A DNA stretch of 64,000 nucleotides. Source: Phoronis australis. Its lineage: Eukaryota > Animalia > Phoronida. Positions 41,236 to 54,700 of this stretch are shown here, piece after piece. The notes under the pieces were generated by a model. That model saw only the letters and a list, made by a program, of their open reading frames with translations. It was not told where the DNA came from and ran no database searches. Position numbers and translations under genes: made by a program. The stretch's first letter is position 1; the number at the start of each line of letters is the position of its first letter. The stretch is from positions 169,371-233,370 of the forward strand of contig NMRA01000229.1 of NCBI GenBank assembly GCA_002633005.1, written 5' to 3'.

Positions 41236-44163
41236 TACGCCGTAAAATGTAACAATTTCGTAAAATGTAACAACTTTTACATTTTACGTCATTCTTACAT
41301 TTTGCGTTGCTAAGCCTCTCCTAAAATGTAACAAATTGTTACATTTTAAGTATTTGTTACATTTTACGTCGAATACACAAGTGAGAAATTTACTATTCTT
41401 TCATTTTACGAAACCAACGTCATATTACAAAGAAAATAACCAAAATCAAGAACAAATGGTATTTGACATGGCCGTAAGGGTACTCGAGTATTTTTGGACG
41501 AAGGGTGCCACCCTAAAAAATTGGATACCTACACGTTTTAAGAGTGGCCTCAGACAAAACGTGACCCAGACTGATTTTGTGTAAAAATTTATTTTGGCAC
41601 AGTTCTGTTCCAGAAATTCAGAGAAAAGCGCTCTTTTAGATGACATGTTGTCGAAAATGGCACCATTTTGGAGAGTATTTTTTGCTGTGAAAGAACTCCC
41701 TTTTGGGCGGCACTTTTGAATTTATTTAACAAGGACACAGTGTAATAATAACAATAATGTTTTGGCAAAGTGCTAAAACATCATGGTCCTCAAATATATT
41801 GTTAGAAAACTTCTTGACAGCTATGGATGCAGAGTAGGAATACTTTTTGGAAACGAGGAGGTTCAATCTTGTTTAGACGTGTGCTAACTTCAAAAAATAT
41901 TATTTCTGAGCTATCGGCAAGTACGGTTGTTTGTAAATATAACAATATCCTTATGTAGTTTGCCACGAAGAACTGAATTCAGACTGTAATCTTTAACATG
42001 CAACTTACATTAAAACGTGAGTATACCCACCATGTTATCATTTTTGACTGTTGTTGAAAACATTCCTTTTCAAAGAACTGGGACTCGTTCGACGATGATG
42101 TGTAAGTTCAAAAATTGCGTTAAGTTGTAACCTCAGCAGTCATTGGTTAGCTTTACAACACCGTGAAAAAATGGCGGGCTGTGAACGATTTTTAGCCTTG
42201 CCAATCAAATGGCGTTTCTGCAGTGATGTTTAATAGCCGCGTGCTTGAAGCACGTACATGCACAATAAACACATAATATGGCCGATTTAACGGTGTGTTA
42301 TTCATACAGTATGAATACGGGACAGTATCGTACAAAGATGCACTCCGAAAAGGCGCAATCACAATTTCTAGAATTCATATTTTCTGAACATAAATTTCAA
42401 ACACCGATTTGTCTGCCCAACAGACCAAATTTACACTTCAGTCCATCACTCATCACTTTGCGTAAAGCACTGTCTGTTGAGAATTCGACTAGCCAATCAG
42501 AAACGCTGGTGTAAAAAAATTTCCCGAGGAAAATTAAGTGATACCTTCGTGCTGGCTACCGACCACCTAGCGGCACGTAGGGAACCAGCGATCGGGTCTG
42601 AGTAGCTGGTAATAACGGACGTACACGCATCAATTTTATGTAGAACGGTGCCCAATTTTCTTAGGAGAACACAGTGATTTAACTGAAATTTGAACTTGGT
42701 TTTATTGAAAGTGGGTTGTACGGAACAAAAACGACCGACGCCGAAGTCAGCGATGTTTAATATGCGATTTTTATGCGATGTAGCTAAATGGTTAATATGC
42801 CAAATTCTCTTATCTGCCTACAACCACGCGTGTAGTTGACAGCGAGCTGCAACACAAAAATGGCGCCTCATGAGACACAGGGCTTCACGTCCAGTAATAG
42901 TAGAATGTCCAATGTCTGTCTTTATTTATATGTGCTTCGGACTAACGAACATTGGCCAAATAGCAATTTTAGATATTTTATGTTAAAAGATAATAGAAAG
43001 AGAAATTGTATGTTTTTGTATTCCGAAAAGTCGACAGTCAGATTTTTTCGAATAATTGCCCCTTGAAACTATCGACCTAGACCCGGTTTCAGCAAAGTGA
43101 TCATGTCCTTTCGGAGTGCCAAGATATTTTCTTTTTCCTCAGCTAGGCCTCACATTTCTACGTATTCACGTCACGCGTTGATATGATGTTGCCACCACTA
43201 TTTCAGGCAGGTTTGACATCATAGGAACAATGATATTTCTTTCAACTTTTAAGCTGTTTAAAACACGTTACTATGCCACCACTTTTTTAAACTATTGGCT
43301 CGCTTTTCTCAAACGCGATCTTTTGCTGTTGCAATGACAAAATCTGTCAACCTGCCTGTAAATAAATGCGTGCTTTTATTTCCTCCCCCACAATGCTTTT
43401 AACAACTTGTCATTCGTAACTAAGGTGGTAGACAGAACCCGTCGGCATCAAAAAACTTTGGTCTTGCTCCTTTTGTGTGGAGCATTAGCAATGACTCCAA
43501 GGCAATAAAATGCTGCTTGAAATAAATCAAACTATCGTGGACAAAAACGGGTGTTTTTTTCTATCAAATTGGCTTCCGAAATTGAAATCTCCGTGAAAAA
43601 ACCTTATTGTCGTTTGTACCCGAAGAAGTACGATAAATATTAGCCAAAATACGATGTCATAGTTTTTGTTGCGCTTACGAAGGGAAGTGTGTTTATTGTA
43701 ATGCCTGATACACAATTGGTCTATGAACTGTAAGATCCAACAAAAGATTGCAAGAACGCTTTAACAGTAAAAAAATGTTACCTGATCCGGGAAACTCCTT
43801 ACGTCTGGAGTTGAAACTGTACTGGGTACATTTTCGACTAAACCAATAAACTCATCTTAAAAATAATGGAAAGCACATAGGGACAATCTACAAATTCGAG
43901 CTGGCACATTTGATAGAATTTCATTCAAACAATCCGAGAAAGAAGACGTAAAGTGTGTGAGCCGTTTACCTCTGTGTGACAAATACCGTGCAGACTCATG
44001 AAATATGAGGTCGCCTTCGTAAAATGTAACAATGGTACATTTCTCGCATGTGAATTCGACGTAAATTGTAACAATTGCGTAAAATATAACAACTTTTTAG
44101 ATTTCAGGAGAGGCCTAGCAACGTAAAATGTACAATGACGAAAATGTTACATTTTACGGCGTA
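41236..44163. mobile_element. 2.9-kb non-autonomous DNA transposon with about 130-160 bp TIRs, in an intron of the neuropeptide gene
   Basis: TACGCCGTAAAATGTAACA...TGTTACATTTTACGGCGTA; the arms contain repeated GTAAAATGTAACAA; TA at both ends is a possible TSD; no transposase ORF seen. Confidence 0.8.
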
Positions 44164-45633
44164 TGCAGTGCATCTAAAGCCGTTCTTTCTGATTCCCAAC
44201 ATGTTCACAAGTACTTGCAAACCAGATTCATTCAGCCTAAACGGCATGCAACGCCTACCTCAAAACTGCCCTACGTCTGGTCTATCTCTAGAATTTATTT
44301 TTTGGGGACTGCAAGTTTGCCGCTGGTGCAGCCTGACTGTTTAGTGCCACCTAAGCTAACCCAAAGTAGTCCTAAGGCGCCTGAATTTAGTTCGTGACTC
44401 GAAAACAAGTTCACGTGCTTCTTATCATTTCTATCAAGCTAAGTAAAATATAAAGTATTTCGAACACAAGGAACGTGACCCGTATATAATGTATATTGTA
44501 GTCTACAATCGACAGATCCTGTTATCGTTGAACGAACACCGGCATTTAAAATTATCACTTCGGTGCTACTCTTACTGGTGATCAGATGTCAGGGTGCAAG
44601 TAACTACGAGGACGCAAGATATTTTGGATATAACACAACGCATAAGCCATACTGTAGTGCAATTTTTCTTTTTTCCGTTAACAGAACTCCTTCTAAATGC
44701 TCGTATATTAGTATGATACTGTAAAGAAACAAGTGCACTTCTATCCGGCTACGACTTCCCGTTGCAGATTTTCGGAATGTGTTTTATTGTACGTTGTTAG
44801 TTTCATCATGTGGAAACACCACGGCTTTTCTTGTAAATGAATGAGGAACTATGTTCACGAGTTCGGCAACTGTGTTGTTTCCATCCACTGAGCTCAGTCT
44901 CAGAACTTCGACATTTTCTCCATTCGCAGTGCCGTTTCTTCAGCTCCACCGTTTGCTGAGTGGAGTAAAGCTTTCAGTTTCATCTTACAAGTCTTTCGTT
45001 TGAAATACTTCCTGGAGCTTGTTTCTAGGAGAGTCTTTTGTCTTGTATCTTTAGCCAAAGGTCAGAAATCTGATCTTGCGAATGAACAATGTGTTTTGCG
45101 GTTCTCGAAATGCTTTGTCCTGTGCCTGTTTGAGCAGGCTAAAGATTTTTTTTTCGACTTTGGAGTTGTTGACAGATTTCTTGACTTCTAGCCTTAGCCT
45201 TATACTGGCAGAAGAATTTTAGCTGAAAGTCAAAAGGTAAAAACCAATAGACTCTTCGAGAAATGTGTCCCAGATCTCCCAAACAATTCGGGAACTTTTT
45301 TCCAAACGTCTGGAAAAGGGGAGTCAATGGATGGCTTAGCCTGTTCTATGAAATCATGCGAAGGCTGGAAGACAGGAAATCTGTCTAAAACTTGCAGTCA
45401 AAAGACACAATTCCATAGCCTGCTCAGGAGCAAAGGCTAATAGCCAAAGGCAAAAGCAAACAATCAACTTTTGGCTATTCGTAGTCAAATAGCTAAAGCC
45501 AAAAGAAAATAGATTCTTCGTGAGACAGGGTTTGGATCTCGAATGGTGATTTTCACCGTGTAGTTACTGACGTAACAAAAGGAAAGTGACGTTTACTTAA
45601 TGAAAGCAGAGTAAATATACAATATATCAGTAT

Positions 45634-45802
45634 TGCAATTGACATTTAATAGTTATGCCAAAGTTGAAGTGGAACCGCATTGTAAGTGGTTACATGTATC
45701 TTGTTCTATCTTGCCATTGTCGCAATTGACATTTAATATTTATGACAAAGTTGACATAGGCCTAAATTATAAGTGTTTATCTAGTTCTATCTTGTCGCTG
45801 TC
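45634..45802. repeat. Diverged tandem duplication of about 85 bp
   Basis: GCAATTGACATTTAATA.TTATG.CAAAGTTGA...TTCTATCTTG occurs twice. Confidence 0.7.
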
Positions 45803-45846
45803 AAACCTATATTTGAATAATTGAAATTACATTGATTTTGTTTCAG

Positions 45847-45944
45847 AGAATCAGCGTCAATTGCCAATAGCGCTTTCTCAGAAATACTACAAAAATTCCC
45901 TTCAGTATCAATGTTCATTGTGGATGAGTTGATCGATATTAATG
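45847..45944 (+). CDS. Allatotropin/orexin-family precursor, coding exon 2
   Basis: Acceptor ttttgtttcag, donor ATG|gtaagt; 98 nt, phase 2 to 1; (R)ESASIANSAFSEILQKFPSVSMFIVDELIDIN(G), the helix preceding the allatotropin C-terminal IDxNxDG motif. Confidence 0.88.
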
Positions 45945-47696
45945 GTAAGTTTTTTGTAAGAGGTTTTCTACAGAGTCTCAATGAGCTGTCGCTGTGACAA
46001 ATAGTCATCGAGTTACTGTTCGTTTTTGGACGGTTTACTTATGAGCGGGGCGTTGACGGGGGTGACTAAGTCCCTTGCGTTCAGTTTCGGAGATGAGCGC
46101 TAACTGATGACGCGGTGTCCCGGTGACAAAGTATGCTATAAGACCGGTTCCTAAATCGGAGACAAATTGTGGCGTTGAAGAGCGACCATCTATTGTAGTG
46201 TGCGTTTTAACAATCACCATGAACTTTATCCTCACGCTTCGTCCTGTCTGTTTGAAGAGCTTTGCATTCATCAAAATTCATGCTCTCACGAAATACATCA
46301 TATTTTGAAAAATTGTTCGCGAGCAAAATATGCATATTTATTTCGTCAATTCATCTTGCCTTCCTTATGACAGCAGAGGACACTTTTGCGACACGACAAC
46401 GTACTCTGAATAGATATGTAGCGAAATTTTAGAAAAAAAAACATTATCTATAACAAATCGTGTATTCTTAGTTTATAAAGTCACCGTTAAATCAAAAATG
46501 CTACCATTTTTGATGTACTGAGCCGCAGTTTAGTATTCATTGGCAAATCGACTTGATCAGGTGCAGTTTCCGTTGAAAGAGTGCTTTTCATTTATAATTT
46601 GTTTCCGTCAAATTTACTTACTATTTATCGATAAAATCGTGTTCGTATAGAGTCTTTCAATTCACTCAGAACTGCACATGCGCGCACAATTCAGGTTGCG
46701 ATTGGTAGGATAAATGGACCGTGAAACCCGATGAAAATCCTCACGGATAAAACCACAGGAAAAGCAGTGTTAAACTGAAATATGTATGGAGTGGATGACG
46801 TCACTGTTTTAATCGTTTGTTCGCGTCTTACTCAACCATTAGGAAAAGGCTCTCCGAGTGTCAAGGTTCCTACAGCCGCCCATTGACGGAATTTGATGTG
46901 TTGCAAAGAGTTTTTACGGGTAAAAATCCCTAGAGCTATGCTATGTGACTTAAAGATGTCATGTCTCCGCAAAACCGTGAATATTTAAATTTGTAGCAAG
47001 CGTCACCTAGTGACTTTCTGGAGGTGTGAACAAGTATAACCAGGAAAAGAAAAAAAAATGTTAATACATTGCGTTTGTAAATAAAACAACTCAACTGGTA
47101 CACTCAAGTGTGAACAGCTAAAAATAAAAACCCTAGTAATCTCGCAATCGCTAGTTGATATTGAAATTAACAAATAATGAAAACTGTGCCTTGATCGTTT
47201 CATTAGGGTAACGACAATGCTGTGGAGAATTTCAAGGGCTTCCCGTGTCGTCCTAAGAAATGTGGACGAGAAGTGTGTGCAAATATACATGTAATGCCAG
47301 TGTGTTTGCAGTTGCAGTCGAAATCTGGGTTTCCACCATACACAAAAGACGTGAAATTACAAATAAACTAAGTTGTGTGCCTTCTTTCTTCTCTTGGGCG
47401 GCATTGGTTCTTCGTCCGCCATGATGAAATAATGTTATTCTCATTTACATAAAAAGAGTCTTCCAAACCGAGACTTTCGCGAAGATGCAATGGTAAATGG
47501 TTTTCGGAAAGTTTCCACACACTAGAGGACCCGGTGTTGTTTCATTTGCATATTGTTTCACAATTCAGTGAGCTTTTGGATCTTTAAAGTGCTTGACATC
47601 TCAGAAAAAAGAAAATTGGAAATCCGTCTGTTTGTTTGATTCTGGCCACATCATAGAGAGGAATTTAAAATTCAGCTCAACTACGTAGATTTTCAT

Positions 47697-48607
47697 GTTC
47701 AACGTTTCGCTTTAATAACTAAAGCATTATCAAGACAATAAACCAATGTATACTCAACAGTGTCAAACACTAAACTAACTGAACAAACAACCAGTATGCT
47801 CAAACTCAGCAAATTATCATAGTTCCAAGGCAACAGAGCTCTGCTTCTGATTGGGTGAATGAGCAGCTTTGTTAGCCTCAACAGCCAAAGTCTCTCTAAT
47901 ATAGAGCTTATCGCTGTTATATTCTCTAGCAATAATGTCTACTAAAATGGCAACATGCTGCTGAGACTGACAATACGTGAAAACACTGCTACTCACAGAG
48001 GTATTATAATATGCTAATCTATCACCTAATCTTCACTGGGCGAGACGACTGTAGAATTCATGATCGTAATTCAACTAATTCTATAAACCACACCACTCTT
48101 CAATTACATGGGAATATGTGATTTCAAATGACAAGTAGGAAGGACAATTTGGACAATGTCATTTGAAATCATACATTTCTATGTTATTGAAGAGTGTTGC
48201 GATTTATAGGTTTACTTCTAATGATTACCTTGAATTCTACATTAGTCTCACGCACAGAGGAATACAGGTGTAGGTGATAGAATAGCAGAGCACAATACCT
48301 CTGAGATTAGCAGTGTTTTAGGCATTGTCAATTTGACCAGCATGTTGCCAACTAAGTAGGTATTATCTCTAGAGAACATAACAGAGATAGGCTCTATATT
48401 AGAAAGTCTTTGGCCATTGAGGCTAACAAAGCTGCTCAATCACTCAGTTAGAAGCAGAGCTTCGTTGCCTTGAATATACATGTATTTTAGTTTGCTGTGT
48501 TTGAGTATACTCGTTGTTTCTTCAGTTAGTTTAGTGTTTGGCACTGTTGAGTATACATTGGTTAATTTTCTTGATAATGCTATAGCGATTAAAGCGATAC
48601 GTTGAAC
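47697..48607. mobile_element. Foldback/MITE element with about 310-bp inverted arms
   Basis: 47697-48005 is the imperfect reverse complement of 48294-48607 (GTTCAACGT.TCGCTTTAAT...ATTAAAGCGATACGTTGAAC). Confidence 0.85.
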
Positions 48608-48646
48608 GTCAACGAATTGTTTATTTCCGCATTTCTTTCATTTTAG

Positions 48647-48759
48647 GCGATGGACAGGTTGATGCAGAAGAATTGCGTTCAATTTTAAATCCATCCCACG
48701 AACACCCTAACAGGAGGACAGAGAAAAGCGATGGCAGTCTTTTCAAACGACGACGGTGA
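48647..48759 (+). CDS. Allatotropin/orexin-family precursor, terminal coding exon
   Basis: Acceptor tttctttcattttag; phase 1; (G)DGQVDAEELRSILNPSHEHPNRRTEKSDGSLFKRRR*; completes DINGDGQVDAEE across the junction; total 140 aa. Confidence 0.88.
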
Positions 48760-51700
48760 ATATCTCGGATGATGACGTCAGCGCTCCCATGGATTTACAG
48801 CTTGTCCATCAACGCTATTCTCAATCGGAAGCTGATACATGGCGGTTACCAGGGGCATTGATTGAGATAAACAGTTGAGGTCATAAATGGATACAATTAA
48901 GAAGTTTGTTTTTAGAGGTGTTTTTGTTGTTACGTAATTCACAAGGCCTCTCCAATATAGTACTATCAGAAAATCTCAGAGAAAGACATGATTATTTAAC
49001 TCGCGAATGTGCCTACCGCCATGGTCCATAATCACACACAATTACATGCATGGTGTACAACATACAATCGGCAAAGGTGTGTTCAACTGGCGTGATCTGG
49101 CCAAACTCGCAAGATACTACCCGTACACAACGCAGCCCAACATATCCTAATTCAATGACGTTGTTTTACCGTAAACTTGACACTAGAAGAGAGTTTTGGT
49201 CACTCTCATGACGACTTTGATCTGTGTTCTTTTGTTAATTGAAATACAAACAGTCTCTATTCTCGGAGATGAGCGATTCTCGATACTTCAACACGTTTTC
49301 TCAATTATCTTGGGCTTTTGTCAGTTATTTGGTTATAACTCTTAATACTTGCTAGTGTAAAACGTCTCTTGTTACCAAATGTCTCTTAGGTATGAATTTC
49401 ACATGTCCCGAAAACAAAATGCATAGATTCACGAAAATTTCCGGGTCCCAGTCCCAATGGTGGAACTGCTCTACACGGAAAACATTACGCCTCCAACGTT
49501 TTTGCCAATGGCACATAATGGAATTAATAACGAATGGTTATACTGGCGGTAGTAAAGTGTAGAGCATTAGGGTACATATATAACCTCATGTATTTGACAT
49601 CGGTTCTTTTAACTGCTGGAGTACAGGTGATAAGATTCCAGAAAACCCACGACAGACTCCAACAGGACGTATCTTTTAAAAATCCTATGATGTTTCAAAT
49701 GTTGAAGCTCTAAAACACCCGGTCTGGCTTTGAAGTCTATAAAAACATTTCAGAGGTGTAATTGCGCTTACAAAGCCCGGTCATTGGGTCCTAATCCCTT
49801 TCCATAACTGCAGTTGCTTGAGGTAGGGCTCCTAGAGTTTGCAAATAGACATGTATATATCCGCTCATAGACATGTTGCTTGGCAGGGCATAAACTACAA
49901 AACGTAATTAAGCCACGAGCGACGTTGTCGGCCGAAAGGCTGCGACGCACATCGACTAATATCAAAATTGCGCATGCCTGACCATATTGCTTGCAGCGTA
50001 TTCGATTTGTCACTCGAAATATTTGGAAAGAGCCCAGCATGTTCAAAATCCTCGAAACTTTTAATGGTCAGACACTTTGCAGAAGCGAGAGGAGTAAGTG
50101 CGCTCAAAGACCAATCAAATTATGCTTTGCCAATCATGGTGGCCAGTTCTGTTAACAGCAAAAAGGATTCGTAATCACTATTACGTGGGCACAGTTCTAA
50201 TTACAGAATGGCTTAGCCACCCCCCTAACTTTTCTTGACAATTCCCCTTTATTCTCAGTAACCAGGGAAGATTACTCTGACGATGAACTCGGCTTCCTCC
50301 CTGTCGCCATGACTGGAAATTACGGGTCTTTTTGTCTGAATACTTTTGGCTTGCACAGTACAAGCAGTAATAATGACAAACCGAAACTGCAGCTGAAGGA
50401 ACTGGTCGATGAATGGACAAATCTATGAGTTGTGTTTTGAACAATTCATGAGGATCGTTTAGAACAGGCACTTGAGCAGATTGAACAAATACATGTGTTA
50501 CCAGCTTGCAAATTTTCGTACTCACAACTTAGTTGTCAGGTACATCACTGTCCACCTGCCGAAATAAGACAGTTTAACGATGATATGGAATTGTTGTAGG
50601 CTATTTAATTCCAATTTTTAAGCAGCTCGATAACGAAGTCGTCTAAACCAAGTGTTGTCCAGATATCCAAACAGACTTGATTCGACAAATTACAGTGTGG
50701 TGGGCAGTTCAGATTGTTTTGACCCACTATGAAACTGACGCAAACGCACATGTAATTCAGTGCTGGTCTTGTCAGGTGTCGGTCTCTGACGCCCGCGCGG
50801 ATGAAACTGCGAAAAGTCGCGGGACCTTTCAGCCAAGTGCCACACAAGGCTTAGGCCGACAGTGTCGCTCGTCTGAAGCGGGCTTCACGAAGGCCAGCTC
50901 ATTAACTTCAATCTTAAAGAGGCAAAATGTACCCCTTCTGTTAAAACAACCATTTGATTTACAACACGTGCCGTTAAAAATATTCCTCAAAATTGCTGAG
51001 ATTGCAAACGGGCTTTTAACTTTAACTACATTGTATAAGATCTATTAGGTCGTGTTTGCCTCAGACCAGATCCATTGAGCAGACGGTCACGGCGGGTTAG
51101 TGTCTGTCACCAAGGCAGTACGGCCATCACAGGAGTTACATGTGATTGGATGTAACTATTTTAAATTCAACTGAACGATAAGAGCACCATGACGATACTT
51201 TAGAAGAACAAATACCAGTGTGAAGAAAGTGGATGTTTTTAACGCCACATATACTTGCGTAAACGGTTTATAGCGGCAACAGCTTACCGGTTTTTCCAAG
51301 CCCGGCCAACAATCACATTCAAACAAGCCTCGACCAACATTAAGCCGTATATTTCGATTTCAATTTAACGGTCACAGTTCAGATATCGAACATCTGTGGT
51401 GGAGGGTGGATTGGAGCTTTGGCCATAATGTTGCCGAATAAGCCTTCGCGATGTTACAACGTCTGTAATCGTATGGCAGTTGAACTGTAACCGTAAACAT
51501 GTAAATATTAAATTAATGAACTTGGATTCTTAATTGCTTTGAGATGTTAACAATAATCGCAATCATGGTGATAAATAAATTATGTCCTGAGCTTACAACA
51601 GAGTTGGAAATTTTTAACGTGATTGAGAGATGCGCCTGCTGAGACGTACATGTAGATGTATTATAAGGCTATTGGCGATAAGCAACATGAACCTTTTAGC

Positions 51701-54700
51701 CAGACACTTCACTCAGATCAAAACAATCTAAGTGCAGTACCTGAAACATGGAACATAAAGGCGCATTATCCACGCGAAAAGTGATCTGATATCGGCCTCA
51801 GCGAGGAATCGAACCTGGAGCGCCTGGCCGGCAATCGCAACCAACCGCATCGATGGAGTGTCGGAGCTAAATCCTTGATAATAAATGCCACGATATTTTA
51901 CTGAAACGTATTTAATTGTAGAGTCACCGGACCTTGATTTCAGCAGATGTCTAGCACTAACTGGTAGACAATGTCGAAAATCGTCGATTTCTAATAAATT
52001 TACTGAAATGCAACGGATTTTGTTGTTTTATAGCTCTGGTCTAATTAATAACTACTAGTTTTTCCCATCTGAAAACTGTCCCGTCAATGTATTTGTTCAG
52101 CCGTGAAGCCGATAATGTCACTTTAAAGTCGCTCATTGACATATAACCGAAATTGCACAACAATCATTCCCACTGATAGTGTTGGATGCCGATGAAGCTT
52201 TCCAATGGGCCCCGATCTGTAGCAACATCTCTAGCCAAGAGATTACAAAAAATAATTAACGATATCACACAAATCTCTATCCAGGCATACACTGTAGCTT
52301 TGTACCAGGGACAAGCTCAATACGGCAAGACACTCGCGAGGCACTTGCAGCGAGAAATCATCGCTTGTGGAAAGGAGACAGAGAACCCTATCCCATAATT
52401 AAGCATTCCACCATCGCCGACAAATCACATCAGTGGCCGCTACTTTATTAATGTACACGAGTAACGTCCTGGGCGGAGCTGCTAAACACCGAGAAGACAT
52501 CACTAGTAATGGTCAAATGGCTGAATATCTATGTTTTTGTATTTTTCCGAAAGCAGTACAGACGCACTGTTTATTGATAAGAAAACAATCAACGCTCCCA
52601 GAATGTAATCAGTTTCTTTGTTCTATATTTACCATAACTACGTATTCACTATGCTTTAAAAATGACGAGTTCGAAGCACGCTATTGGAAATTTCCACACG
52701 CAAGTCTGTGATCTTGCCCGTAATCACGGGGATCAGACTGATGCGAGCAAACCCCCCTAGTGGGAGTTAAGGTCCCGTTCAAGGAAAAGTCCAATAGAAG
52801 TTCTGGTAAGCCTCGCCCTGAGCCGGATAATTTTCGAGTACTATATCGTTTTTCCTCACAATTTCCAAACACACTGAGAAAAACAGAAGTAATATACCAC
52901 ATGTTTGTTGTCATTACATCTGTATACATTCAAAACAGCATTGTCTTCTAGCATCCTTAAAGTTTCATTATTTGGGAATGAGTCTCAACTGGTTAAATAA
53001 TTTTTGTTCCAGGATTTTCTACTCTGACTGATGGTTATAAAAATTACTATTAAACACAGTGTTCCGATATCTCTTCAGTTAAAAACTTCATGAAAACAAT
53101 TGTTCGCAAACCAATGCACATGTATTTTAAACGTACCGGTATTTCCATACGAGTTATAAAGTGTATAAAAATCACGGAATGAAACATTGAATTAATTTCC
53201 GAACTATTTTCGAGTTTCTAGTGGTGCACCAACCAAATGGCAGCCACCTTTACGGCAATGAACTTCAATTGTTATGAAAATGTTTTTATTTGAGTGACAT
53301 CTTTCGGTTGATAAAACTTTTCTGTGCCCTACATGTAAACTGGTAACACGGAAAAGGTGTCTTTAAATGGCCATTAATGTTTTATCACTGCCTCAAACGG
53401 AACTTATTAAACAGGATACTCAAATACAAAAAGAAAGCCTAAAACTTTCAACGCTATGATAAAAATGATTTTCTTCCCCGAACACGTCAATCATGACGTC
53501 ACCAAGTAAAGTTAGTGTCAAAAAGTCATCACTTTTGACTGAATTGGTCAACCGAACAAAATACATACATGTAGTTCCAACTTACTCAGGATGTCCCGAA
53601 TATGCAAAGCCATTATGGCAGAAGTCGTTTAAAAGCAATACATCCTATCATGAAGCGCGCACCATAGGAGTCTGGGGGCTATAACCCCCCTTTTGTTTTA
53701 GTGTTGCGCCACCTATAGACATGGGTGGCGCGCACCATAGGGGGCTGGGGGCTGTAGACCCCACTTTTCTGTCGCATGTTCAATGTATCTAGTGATGACG
53801 TGGGTGGTCGCGATTAAGAAATGGGTAGTCAGAGAATCTTAATTTAAGAGGTCAAAGTTCACACGAAATGCTTGCGAAAAGCAATTTATGTAGAGTTTAT
53901 TAAACATGTCATATTCAAACACCCGCGCGAATAATTATCATTCTTCAAGAATCGAATCGTTTCCATTTGGAAAATTTAAGACATAGATTGCTAACAATTC
54001 GAAAAGTTCGTTTTCAAATCACATTCTGTACAAAATGGCGTAGAACGGGAAGAACAGACTAAATTTCGTGATTTAAAGTGCTTCTTCTCTGCCACCGAAA
54101 CAGAAGTCAAACTGTTTACCAGGTATTTTCCCAGTTTGTCCGTAAAGATTTTGAACTTCTGTTGACGTCAAAGCACATTCATCTATTAGTTTCAAATTCT
54201 CACGAAACGACTTGTCAACGGCTTGTCATTTCGTCTCCCACACGGCATAGCACCTCGCCTTTCTTGGTATGGCAAGACATAAACGTAGCACACTTCCCTA
54301 GTATGGTAATGTGACATTTGACCTTTGATGTTAATATTGGCGATTTCTAGCAGCAGCTAGTCCGATTTCTTTGAGCGCATGCGCAAATATATATTATCAG
54401 GAGAGGAGGATTTTAAAATTAAACTGCATTGTGCTGAAAGAGTTACTATATATTTCATCTGTGTTTCAAAAAGAGTGAATCGGACGACTTTTTCTAGAAA
54501 TTGTTGCAATATTCAAAGTGAATAACTCTCGCGTTATCATCCCCAAAAATAGATGAAGCACAATATGTTTAAAATTTATTTTCGCGTTTTTGCCTCTTTA
54601 AATCGGTAAATAAAACAACAAGAATGGATCAACTGAAATTTGAAATTTTCGGATGTAATAACTTCCTCTGTCAACAAAAACAGAAATAAAATAAAATCAA

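Noticed and set aside
42076-42101. Micro-exon-like segment (tttcaaag...GT|gtaagt) in the neuropeptide intron
   Set aside because: 26 nt would break the frame between the well-supported exons, and it lies inside the 41236-44163 transposon.
50677-51048. 123-aa ORF containing IQCWSC (Ly6/three-finger-like start)
   Set aside because: The remaining cysteines of the fold are absent and there is no splice support.
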